From Oopsacas minuta (Eukaryota > Animalia > Porifera), in assembly GCA_024704765.1 (NCBI GenBank), contig JAKMXF010000044.1:558001-622000 (forward strand): a stretch of 64,000 nt of DNA, given 5' to 3'. Below are positions 35,894-46,500 of this stretch, piece after piece. Positions within the stretch are counted from its first letter, which is position 1. Each line of letters begins with the position of its first letter. The notes beneath the pieces were generated by a model. That model was not told the origin of the DNA. It made no database searches and was given only the letters and a program-made list of their open reading frames with translations. Both the position numbers and the translations under genes were made by a program.

Positions 35894-37501
35894 ATGCTGG
35901 GAGATAATTCTTTGACAGAATTCAACATAGATAATACTACAACACTCTGCTCTAATGCTATAATACAGATAGAGTGTACTAAGTTGCATGACTCAACCGT
36001 ACACAGACATTACGTTAGAGTTTATCAAGGAGAGAAAATTAGTGTGAAATATTTTCGCGATATAATTGAGAAGGAAATACACATTCCTATTGTTTGTCAG
36101 GTACAGCTAAATGTAAATGGAATCCCTCTTGACCCACTACCTCCAAATTTCACTGATTTTCCAAGTCGTATGTTCTTGCCTGGAAAACCTATACTCATTA
36201 CACTAGACTATTATACAGCTGGTGCTGATCTGTATACGATACACTCTGCAATCGAACAATTCAATAGATCTATTTCAACAGATGAGTATGATTATCAATT
36301 GCTATCTGATAGCTTGGATGTTCTGGAAGTCAGCTGTTTCAATGTCAGCTGGGATTCTGATGAAGCTGTTGGCGCCAGGCTCTTTATCCATTCTATGGGA
36401 TTTTTACCTAATCTATGTAAGGTTGTTAGAGGTTTAAACTCAAAACTCAAAAGTAGTTTTGATGAACTCTTCACTACAGATGGCAAAAGGACATTGGCTG
36501 ATAATATTCTGTTGTGTTCTCATATTCTTGCTCAAGCATTGAGCGATCTAATGTTATTGTCTGCAAGATGGGAAGATAAAATGATAATATGTAAAATGAA
36601 CTTTCCCTCAGTTATTAGCGATACATTCTTCATAGCTAGACTATTCCTCTCAGTTAAATATAACAGATTGCAAAGGATTGGAGAATCCCTCATCCATTAC
36701 TGCATCCGGGAACTACAACTCTTACTATCCGTGAGATCCGTGTCTGTTGAGTTTGGATTAAACATTAAATTTGTAAAAACATTAAAAGATAGTCTTATTT
36801 TAGGGAGAGGATTATCCAGACACCACATATCAGATGCTATATGTCTGTTTAACCTGTCAGGATCATCCTCTGTATCTAGGCTACTATACTCGTCAGGTAT
36901 TTACTCAGAAGTAATCAAGCATTATTTGAATCAGGATATTACTAAAATTAGTGATTCGAATTTATTTGAGTTGCATTTTAGAATTTCTTTGGTCACCCTG
37001 CATATGTTAAAAACTCCGAATCTGTCTGTGACTTCTGATGAGATCCTACAACATTCTGCAGACCTGCTACGTAGGTTCCTCTCTCATATAACCGCAGAAA
37101 ATATTGCCGATATAGAGAGAGGTTGCTTTTGTTTCGGAACATTAGAAAACTATATCTCAGTGCTTTATATCCCATCAAACTCAATTATTGGTAAGTTAAT
37201 GTCAGACGAAATATATTTAGTCAAGTACAGTGCTCTAATACAGGACTTTGTTAGTATGGGGATACTTACAATGGAAGTTTTGATGATGTTAGAACCTGGG
37301 AGGCGAGTTATCTTAAGCGAGAACCTGTTACCTCATCTCGTTATTGCTGATTGGACTACAGGACATATGTTAAGTAAAGTCAAGCTGCATTTCCCTTCAA
37401 TCCCAAATCTACCTGTTCCTAGTTTATATGACATAGCAGCTATCAAGGCAGTGCATATAGGAATTGGAGATTACAAAGAAATGATGCATTATAAGTTTTA
37501 A
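35894..37501 (+). CDS. Unknown ~535-aa intronless protein: Ubl-like N-terminus, helical-repeat body, BC-box-like C-terminus
   Basis: 1.6-kb stop-free ORF; ISVKYFRDIIEKEIHIPIVCQVQLNVNGIPL resembles a ubiquitin fold; ends PVPSLYDIAAIKAV. Confidence 0.75.
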   Translation: MLGDNSLTEFNIDNTTTLCSNAIIQIECTKLHDSTVHRHYVRVYQGEKISVKYFRDIIEKEIHIPIVCQVQLNVNGIPLDPLPPNFTDFPSRMFLPGKPILITLDYYTAGADLYTIHSAIEQFNRSISTDEYDYQLLSDSLDVLEVSCFNVSWDSDEAVGARLFIHSMGFLPNLCKVVRGLNSKLKSSFDELFTTDGKRTLADNILLCSHILAQALSDLMLLSARWEDKMIICKMNFPSVISDTFFIARLFLSVKYNRLQRIGESLIHYCIRELQLLLSVRSVSVEFGLNIKFVKTLKDSLILGRGLSRHHISDAICLFNLSGSSSVSRLLYSSGIYSEVIKHYLNQDITKISDSNLFELHFRISLVTLHMLKTPNLSVTSDEILQHSADLLRRFLSHITAENIADIERGCFCFGTLENYISVLYIPSNSIIGKLMSDEIYLVKYSALIQDFVSMGILTMEVLMMLEPGRRVILSENLLPHLVIADWTTGHMLSKVKLHFPSIPNLPVPSLYDIAAIKAVHIGIGDYKEMMHYKF

Positions 37502-37633
37502 TCATTTGATTTAATCGCAAATCTATCAAACATATTTTTACAAAGGTTTTCCCTATAGCAAGGGAAAATTCGTGGAAAACACGACTTGCTAATAGGCGAA
37601 AACCACTGTAAGAGATTTTGATTATATAATTAT

Positions 37634-38887
37634 CTCAAGGTTAGACGTACCTGAATGTTGGGATTTTGTATAACCGCTCCTATCCAGTAAATATGGTCAA
37701 TAATAGGTTAAACCATAGCATTCTATACACGAAGGCGGTGGTACTGATCGATGGACTTGGATCAGGGATACGTCAAGTCTGTGCTAAAGACTTCTATTAG
37801 TTGCGATAAATTTAAAACCTTACATTTTGGCCTGAAATGTATTATTGATATTTGACATCACTTACAGTTTACATCTACAAACTATTTTCAAGCCAAAATC
37901 ACGTCATTTGATTGCCTACTTAGTAAATATGTCGAAAATGTTCCAGTTTTGAAACTCTGCAGAGAGTATATTAACACAATTACGGTTTCAAGATTTATAC
38001 CATGGGATTTAAGGATGTTACCGTACAAAATATCAAAATTTTGTTATGATAAAGTTAGCGAATTCCAGAGTTATAATATTGTCCATGGATGGCATATTTT
38101 TGGCAATATTCAACAATAACTGACAACCTCCAATGCTATGGCCAAATCATCAAACAGACATGTATTATATACTCGACTTCCCATACTCTATTCGCAGTCA
38201 TCAATAATTCCATATATGGTCATTTTCAAGATCACGTCATAACCATCATTATTCAGGCCAAAATGTAGCGTTTAAAATTTATCGCAACTAATAGAATTCC
38301 CTAGCACTGACTTGACGTATCCCTTGCCCAAGTCTATCAATCAGTACCATTGCCTTAGCGTATATTAAACCTGTATTGTCTGCCACAATTGTTGCCTATA
38401 TATACATTTCAATCCCCTTAGGAAATTTCAAAAATTATTCTACCTCGCTTCATTGATCAAGGGATTATCTCCAAAAGGCCGATCTTAGTGGGCCTTTTAA
38501 GCCTAACAGGGAGAAAGAGAATTGTCAGGGCTTCCTTCCCAACCCTCCAAAGCTGACGGAGTTATGGCTATTTGAAGGACAATCTTAAGAAAAATTTCAG
38601 TTTGACAAAGCTTAAAACATGTATAACTCCGTCAGCTTTGGAGCGATAGGGCTGGCAATGGACTGAGAATCAAGCCCTGACAATTCTCTTTTCCCTCGCT
38701 TTTTGGAGATAATCTCCGATAAAGGAGGCGAATTCGGATAATATTTTTCAATTTTGGTCCATTTATTAGGCCAAAATATATAGCAATAATTGTGGCAAAC
38801 AATACAGGGCCAATCTATTCTTGACGATATTAATGGAATAGGAGCGGTTAGACGAAATCTGAATATTCAGGTAAGTCTAACCTTGAG
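37634..38887. mobile_element. Compound fold-back element: ~75-bp outer TIRs enclosing two inner inverted-repeat modules
   Basis: tat|ctcaaggttagac...gtctaaccttgag|tat; inner arms 37724-37839/38247-38364 and a module spanning 38367-38809. Confidence 0.7.
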
Positions 38888-39015
38888 TATCCTACTTTCA
38901 TGTATGTATACTTTATAGGTATAGCAATAAATCTTGGGTTTTTGTCTTTTCTTTTAATACAGAATTACTTATTTTGATTGCCAACGAATGAATGATTTGT
39001 AATCGTTTTAGTGTT

Positions 39016-39807
39016 ATGGATGCAGTGAAGATTGTAGGAGGGCCGTTAAGGTTAAAGGGGACTAAATCTAGCCTGTCCAAGCAGAGAAAGAAAAGAATTT
39101 ACAAAGAGAATGGAGAGGAAGTTCCATCTGTTTGTTTGGAGGGAGGTGTAGGACGATGGATACCTATTACCAATTTGGAAGATGTAGTTGGTCCAGTAGC
39201 CTTCAGGACATACACAGGTGGTTTTATGGTTGCTAACGAGGAGGGGACCTTCTGGACAACACCAGAGGGTAAAGAAGAGCCTGGAAACTTAGAACAATTC
39301 AGTTTAGTAATTGTGTCAGAAAATAAAGTTACCATTCGTTCCCCATTCAATCGTTACTTAGGTATAGACGCATCAGGCAAGGTAACAGGACGCTCCGAGG
39401 CTGCAGGAATGAGAGAGCAGTTCGAGTCCGTGTTTGAAGATGGAAAAGTAGCTCTGCTAGCTTCTAATCAGAGATTCCTTAGCTTTTCCGCGAACAATGA
39501 TGCTGTAGCTTCTACTGGACAACTGACTGCTGTTAGCGAAAAAGCTAAATTGCGAGAAATGTTTATTCTACTCTGCGGGAGGAGAGCAACTAAGAAAGTG
39601 GGAGAATGGGAGTCTGAACTCATACAATATGATGTAGATCAGATAGAGAAATCTTACGTACGTCAATACCAGAGTTTTCAGGGTGGGAAGGTTAAGATGC
39701 ACTCGAGTGAGGTTAAGAAACTCTGTAGAGCACAGAGAGACGGACAGCTACACACTATGATGTTGGATCGAAGGAGTAAAATGAAATCTGACAAATTCTG
39801 TAAATAA
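39016..39807 (+). CDS. FRG1: FRG1 (FSHD region gene 1) homolog, intronless
   Basis: LRLKG, GRSEAAGMREQFESVFEDGKVALLASN, YVRQYQSFQ, MLDRRSKMKSDKFCK. Likely ATG at 39016 (ORF open from 38992). Confidence 0.9.
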   Translation: MDAVKIVGGPLRLKGTKSSLSKQRKKRIYKENGEEVPSVCLEGGVGRWIPITNLEDVVGPVAFRTYTGGFMVANEEGTFWTTPEGKEEPGNLEQFSLVIVSENKVTIRSPFNRYLGIDASGKVTGRSEAAGMREQFESVFEDGKVALLASNQRFLSFSANNDAVASTGQLTAVSEKAKLREMFILLCGRRATKKVGEWESELIQYDVDQIEKSYVRQYQSFQGGKVKMHSSEVKKLCRAQRDGQLHTMMLDRRSKMKSDKFCK

Positions 39808-40489
39808 GAACAAGAGCCTTGTCATTGTGAAATTTATTGAATATTCACTGGATTAATATCTGAGGAAGAGACAGGCCAAATATTGTTTTAATGATAAATA
39901 TTGATTATATTCTCTGAAACTATAATGGTACATGAATTACATAAATATCCTTGATCCTTGTCTCCCACTTTTAAAAGGTATCCAGCCGACAGAATAGGAG
40001 TGCAGCTCCCCTTTGAGTCATGTTTCTACACAGTTAACAATGATTAGTCGTTAGAACCAATTAATAATATCATTTCTAATATCATTTCTAATATCAAGCT
40101 AAAGGGGTGATAATATAACTAATTGTTGTGTATAGAATCATAACTATGCACATAGTCACAGACTGTCACTATTTGTAATAACTGTGAACTAACTACGAAA
40201 GTTTGATTAAAGTGTTTCGATATTTTGTTAGTGATATTCACGTTTGGGTTCAAGTACAATTTGTTGAGTACGTACTTGTACTTCTGGCTCGTGTCGAAAA
40301 ACTCGGCCCGTTACGACCTCTATCAGAAATACGAGATTCTTAACTCAACTTGGCACACTCATAAAACACAGATATTAAACATTACAAGACCCTCGTTAGG
40401 CTAAATACTAAACAGAGCGTATAGCAAATCCAGGTAGATAATTATCGGACAACTGCACAGAATAGTAAAAAGAAAAGACAAATTCAGAA

Positions 40490-42405
40490 ACACTAGTCCG
40501 AATTTCTGGAAGTTATTTAACTTTAAAGTACGAAACGTTTGAGCAATCCCTTATAAGATTCATGGAATCTGTCTACATACATCTTACAAGAGGTCTGTTG
40601 CGTAGAATTTTGAGATTCTTGTATTAAGTAACACCATGGAGACTCATATCGTAGTATTTGAGGAGAGTATAGAATTCTGAGATTTAGGGAATACCGACAA
40701 TTCGCACCTCATTTGATTGATCAATTTGATATGATATTAATTAAGTAATCAATTTATTCTAATTACACATAATTAATCCATTTTCTAATAATTATTTCTT
40801 AATACGGACAAGTCTTTCAATTGGATAGATAATCCTAATTTTAGATGACATGCATTCCAATGGAATCAATTAATGATATGAATTCAAAAGATTGCTAAAG
40901 TAAGTAAACACACGAAGTAAATACTCTTAGGGCTATATTTGGTGAAGAGGAATGTAGTACACAGGATGTGATCACCTGTGATATTTGCAATCCTCGGACA
41001 TAAATAGGAAATGATCTCGTTCGAACTCAGATTCGTTTTCTCAATATTACTTATAACATTGTGTATTTGAAATTTGACGATCCTTAATGGCTGAACCTCT
41101 TGATCAGCCGACGTTTAGGCTGATCAAGCCACAAAGAGGAGGAGATAAGCTGTTGGAGAGTGGATATTTATTTGGAGTACAGAGGAGAGTTGGAGATGTG
41201 ACGCATTGGTTATGTGAGCAAAGAGGAGTTTGCAAAGCTAGAGTTCATACCAAAGGGATGGTGATAGTCAAGCGCACGAATGAGCACTCCCGTGGTCCTG
41301 ACGAGCAGGCAGCGGGCTGTTGTGAAGCGAAGGCAGGCATGAAGAGGAAAGCACGGGAGTGCTCATTCGTGCGCTTGACTATCACCATCCCTTTGGTATG
41401 AACTCTAGCTTTGCAAACTCCTCTTTGCTCACATAACCAATGCGTCACATCTCCTTTCTCTCCTCACTCCACTCCACTCCTCTATCCTTTCTATTGAGGT
41501 GCAGCTACCATGGAAGAAGAACCGTGGTTATGACGCGGTAGCTGCACCTCTCTTTATCTTTCTCACTCTCTTCTCATATTCTTTAGACATATATTACTTT
41601 AATTTATCATTATTTTATTCCATTACTTTGTAGACATATTAGACATTCAACATAGTATATTTATAACTTTACTTGATTCATCTGACTTTGTTATCGATTA
41701 GAAACCTAAAAGGGATAATTTCCTGGCACAAACGTGGTGGTCTAAGTCGAATATTCACGATACACCATTCACAACATCATATTCGAACACTCGATTACCT
41801 CTGTAGCCGTTAAAAGTATACGAACTTTTTGAAATTAGTTTACTTTATGTACATAAATAACAAAACAAATTGATCACATGATGCTACAAATCATATTTGG
41901 CATACTCAATTACCCAATTATAGCCTTTAGAAGTATAATTTTAAAACCTTTTGAATTTTTGTATTATTAACCCCTAAGTATGTACATAAAAACAAATAAA
42001 TGTGAACTATGTGAGAAGGTGTTAATATTTTCTTTGGATATTTAAACATGTTTTCTAGAAACGTCATTCCCCACCCCCGTATCAAATTTCAAGTCTGTAT
42101 CTCAAACCAGTTCCTCTATCAATTCGGACAAGCAAAAAATGATAGAGTTTAAATATATAATATATACCCAACACTAGTCCGAATTTCTGGAAGTTATTTA
42201 ACTTTAAAATACGAAACGTTTGAGCAATCCCTTATAAGATTCATGGAATCTGTCTACATACATCTTACAAGAGGTCTGTTGCGTAGTATTTTGAGACTCT
42301 TGTATTAAGTAACACCATGGAGACTCATATCGTAGTATTTGAGGAGAGTATAGAATTCTGAGATTTAGGGAATACCGACAATTCGCACCTAACTTGATTG
42401 ATCAA
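40490..42405 (+). repeat. ~235-bp direct repeats (40490-40724, 42171-42405), each ending in a MULE TIR
   Basis: acactagtccgaatttctgg...ggaataccgacaattcgcacc occurs twice, nearly identical. Confidence 0.85.
40688..41454 (+). mobile_element. 5' portion of a MULE (TIR, leader, FLYWCH-type N-terminus from ATG 41087) ending in a fold-back
   Basis: Same TIR as 5483. RGGDKLLESGYLF..VTHWLCEQRGVCKARVHT..NEHS. Perfect ~103-bp arms 41192-41294 / 41352-41454. Confidence 0.8.
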
Positions 42406-42569
42406 TTGATCTGACAATTATTTCAATTTAGATTATAGGGAAAATAATGAAATTGATAACTAAGTAATAACTGTGGCCTAACTAACTACTATTGTAAATT
42501 ACTAATTCCTGGAAGTCGCTTCCATTTCGTTAAAAGCTGAATTCATTATAGCAGAATAAGATAATATAA

Positions 42570-42673
42570 TTGCAGTTAAAAGTTATATTAAATTACTTCT
42601 TTTTAGGTGCAATTTTGTTATTTGCAGTTAAAAGTTATATTAAATTACTTCTTTTTAGGTGCAATTTTGTTAT
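42570..42673. repeat. 52-bp tandem duplication
   Basis: ttgcagttaaaagttatattaaattacttctttttaggtgcaattttgttat x2. Confidence 0.9.
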
Positions 42674-43531
42674 ATGACTAATATCCGATTTGTTTACAAC
42701 GAGAGTCCACGGTATTAGTGACTCCGCCCCACCAAAAGTTCGCCGAGTGCCCGAACCGAACATAGAGTTTAGAGGCCAATTGGTTACAAATCAAATCGAT
42801 GTCATAATCCAAGGGTTTCTCATGGCTCTATTGTAGGCTAACAACACAACTTAACCCCAGATCCCTTCCTAGAACCAAGGCCGAATTAAGGCATAGGGTC
42901 CCGTACTTTGAGGGGTAAATTTGACTATATGAATGGATTAAACCAATCCAGTATCTTTAATTTCCCTGTTAGACCATGGAATATATATTACATGTTTTTC
43001 ATCCCGAATTTCTTCGAAAACTTGGATGGCGGATGATCGTTTTATTGAGTTAATTTGTAACATATTGTTTAAACCTTCGATAATTATCTACCTAGATTTG
43101 CTATACGCTCTGTTTAGTGTTTAGCTTAATGAGGGTCTTGTAATATTTAATATCTGTATTTTATGAGTGTGCCAAGTTGAGTTAAGAATATCGTATTTCT
43201 GATAGAGGTCGTAACGGGCCGAGTTTTTTGACCCGAGCCCGGTCCGACACGAGCAACAGTACAAGTACCTACTCAACAAATTGTACTTGAATCCAACCCT
43301 GAATATCACTAACAAAATATCGAAACACTTTAATCAAACTTCCATAGTTAGATTCACAGTTATTACAAATAGTGACAGTCTGTGACTATGTCATGATTCT
43401 ATACACAACCTTATCACTCTAACATAGTTACGTACATTATAGATTAACAAATAAAATAATAATACATATTAATATACAACTTAGATGTAAGTTAGTGGAG
43501 CAAAATACGTTAATACTTTTCGACTGAACAT

Positions 43532-46500
43532 TCATACTGTGTAGTCGTTTTGAGTTGAAGTATCCGTAGGGGATTCTTTTTCCATCGCCAAGTCAACTGT
43601 AATATCTTTTTCATCTTTTTCATCTATCTCTGGCAAATATGCCATATTTACGTTAGCAACATGATCATAGATCGCATTAGGAATTGCTGGAAGTTGATAA
43701 AGTTGCGGATTAGTGTGTGAGGTTATTTGACTTCTATTCTTCTTCCTCTTCACAACACAACAAACAATTAGTACTGTCATTATGAAAAAGAGAATTAAGA
43801 GAATTATCATGACGGCTATACCTACAATTAAAATGTAGGATGAATATTGATTGAGTAGGCTTGCACTCTGCAGAACTTGATTTGTAAGATCAGCTGTAGT
43901 GGAACTGGAAGCTGTTGATTGAGTAATGTTGTTGTTGATGACAACAGGAGATGTTGCGGTTGTGGCGTCATTTGATTTGAAAAAATGGTAGATTGTTGAA
44001 GAGATTATTTGAATTGAAAAGGGGATCTGGAATTCCACTCTAATACTGTAATTTACATTTGTAATTAACTGAGTTATTTCATATTGCATATTTATAGTTG
44101 TACCAGCGAGAACTTGGTAATTTGAAAATCCCAAATAGACTGAATATTCTATGTCTGTGTAACTCGAACTTGCTTCCAACAAATCCCATAAAACGAGTAT
44201 AGAACTTTCACTTGAAGCTTCTGTGCTCAAATTTATAATCTTTTGGGTGGATTCTAAGGATTGATAATTTGTGTAACACCAATAGGGAGATACCACAGTT
44301 GCCATGGGAATGATATTCAGTTCCCATTCCAACGGGATCTCTACGGGGATTCCTATTCCCACGTAAACCCTGGGAGATGCAAAAATGATTGGACGATGTA
44401 CGACGTCCGAACGTCCGTTCGGAATCTAGCAGTCCGATTAACATGAAATTGGTATACACATTTTGTGTCGGAGACTTGCATCTCGGGTATGAATTTTGTT
44501 TCACATCTTTTTGGTGATTAATAATATTTCACACCTTTCTTTGTAAATTCAAAACAAGCTAGAGATTAGGTTTCAACATATTGTCAGGGTATTTGTGTGC
44601 GTAGAGTCCGATTTGGAGATTTTCAGAGCCTGAAAGTAAATTACTATTTTGACATTCCAAATTTATACCTACATGATTTATATTATCAATTTATCATATG
44701 ATTAATCATATTTTCACCACTTTACGACAAATCAATTGTATTGCGTAGAAATATGACCAGATGCCTCAACTGCATTCCTAGTCTATAGGCTTGACATTTG
44801 TATTAATAATTAATTAGGTTGAAAACAAATACATGGATAAATATTCAAATTTGATAAATTAATGGCTGTTAATAGCTATAATAATCTTACTTGTTAGACA
44901 CGAATACCGTATTTCCCTGAATAACCGTCGGGGGGGCGCTTATTTGTTTCATAGAATTTTTTCATTTAAATATTTTTACAATATTTGAAAATACAAAATA
45001 TTTTAGGAAACTAATTTTCCTAAAATGTTGCATAGTCAAATGAGACCTAAATTTCATCAAAGGAATTCTTCGAGGGGTGGTGATAATTTTATTCACAAGT
45101 TTTGGAGGCTTTTTCTTGCCTTCGGCGCTTATTTAGGGAAATACGGTAATCATATGATAAATGTAGATATAAATTTGGAAATGTCATTATGTCAATATTT
45201 GAATCTACAAACACAAATACACCTAACAGTTGAAACGAATCTCTAGCATCATTTTGAAATATCAAAAACGTATCAATATATGATTTTAATTAATAATATG
45301 ATAAATCATGTAATATAATTCAAAAATTCACATATTGGAATCCACATAGTCGATTACCCTTGACTAACAGCTAAAACCAAATCTCTAACAAGATCTTGAA
45401 ATATATGCAAAAAAGGTGTGATAATACCATGAATCATATGATAAACCTGTGACTTAGTATTTTTCCAGCTCTGAAAACCTTAAAATCCAACTCTAAGCAT
45501 CCAATTACCCCTAAGAACATGTTGAAAACTATTCTCTAGGATTCTTTAGAATTTAGATAGAAATTGTGAATATATGACCAGTAAATCATAAAACCTGTAA
45601 CAAATTTCATTTTAGAAAATTCATACTCGAAATGCAAATCTCCGGCCTCGCACCTGGAATAGCTCGATAATACAAAATGTTATATATTCTAGAAAGTAAT
45701 ATTACGAACCAGCTGATGAAATTTTCATCTGAATAGCCAGTGTCTCTTCTCCATCCCAATTTGTAACATAGAACTTGTACAATCCTTCATCATATTGATA
45801 GAAAATTAGAAAAGTGATAGAGTTTTGTGTGACACTAGTGNNNNNNNNNNNNNNNNNNNNNNNNNNNNNNNNNNNNNNNNNNNNNNNNNNNNNATTGATA
45901 GAAAATTAGAAAAGTGATAGAGTTATGTGTGACACTAGTGTCATCTGGTTTCTGCCATCTCCCAAACAGATTAGAACTCAGAACTACATTCTGTGTCAGT
46001 ACAGTGACATCAGCTGTATTGACATCAGGAGCCAGGAGAGAGAATGAATTGATTGATCCATGATTCAATGTAATTAGAGGTGGACCTGTGTTCAATAAAA
46101 TTTTAGGAAAAACACAAATTTGTCTGGTTTTCAGCATTTCCTACTTTTGTCATTGCAAAACGTTCAGAGCTATATTCTTGGTCTATTTACTACTTCGATA
46201 TTATAACAAACCTTGGATAAATAGTCCCACACTCAGAATGTTGTTATCAGATTCTATATCGAAACATTCCATTGTTTGATTGTTTGTAAGAATAAGAGTG
46301 TTTCTTAATGAGAATACATCAAGTGGGTTAGAGTAAAATCCAATCCTATCCTTCCTCCTCCAGTATATGTTGGATAGCTGGATTAGACTGTTATTAGTAT
46401 TGCAGAATAGAAATATATTCTCTTCATCTACTTCTATAATGTATGTGTAGTTCTCTGAATCTATGGCTTCTAAAGGATGCAAAATATTATACGCAGTTTG

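Larger units (their letters stand above)
40125..43409. mobile_element. ~320-bp inverted-repeat pair (40125-40448 / 43078-43409) bracketing a 2.6-kb composite
   Basis: Long reverse-complement match (e.g. gtcacagactgtcactatttgtaataactgtg); no convincing TSD. Confidence 0.65.

Noticed and set aside
1499-39350. Short antisense ORFs over real genes (1499, 2402, 2448, 3091, 4017, 4084, 9571, 14335, 15138, 16646, 18579, 30833, 33652, 35152, 35336, 39099 etc.)
   Set aside because: They are shadow frames with no motifs.
44254-44362. Longer 5' start (44340/44362) for the terminal receptor exon
   Set aside because: That stretch resembles the adjacent repeat, and a better pyrimidine-rich phase-1 acceptor lies at 44254-44255.
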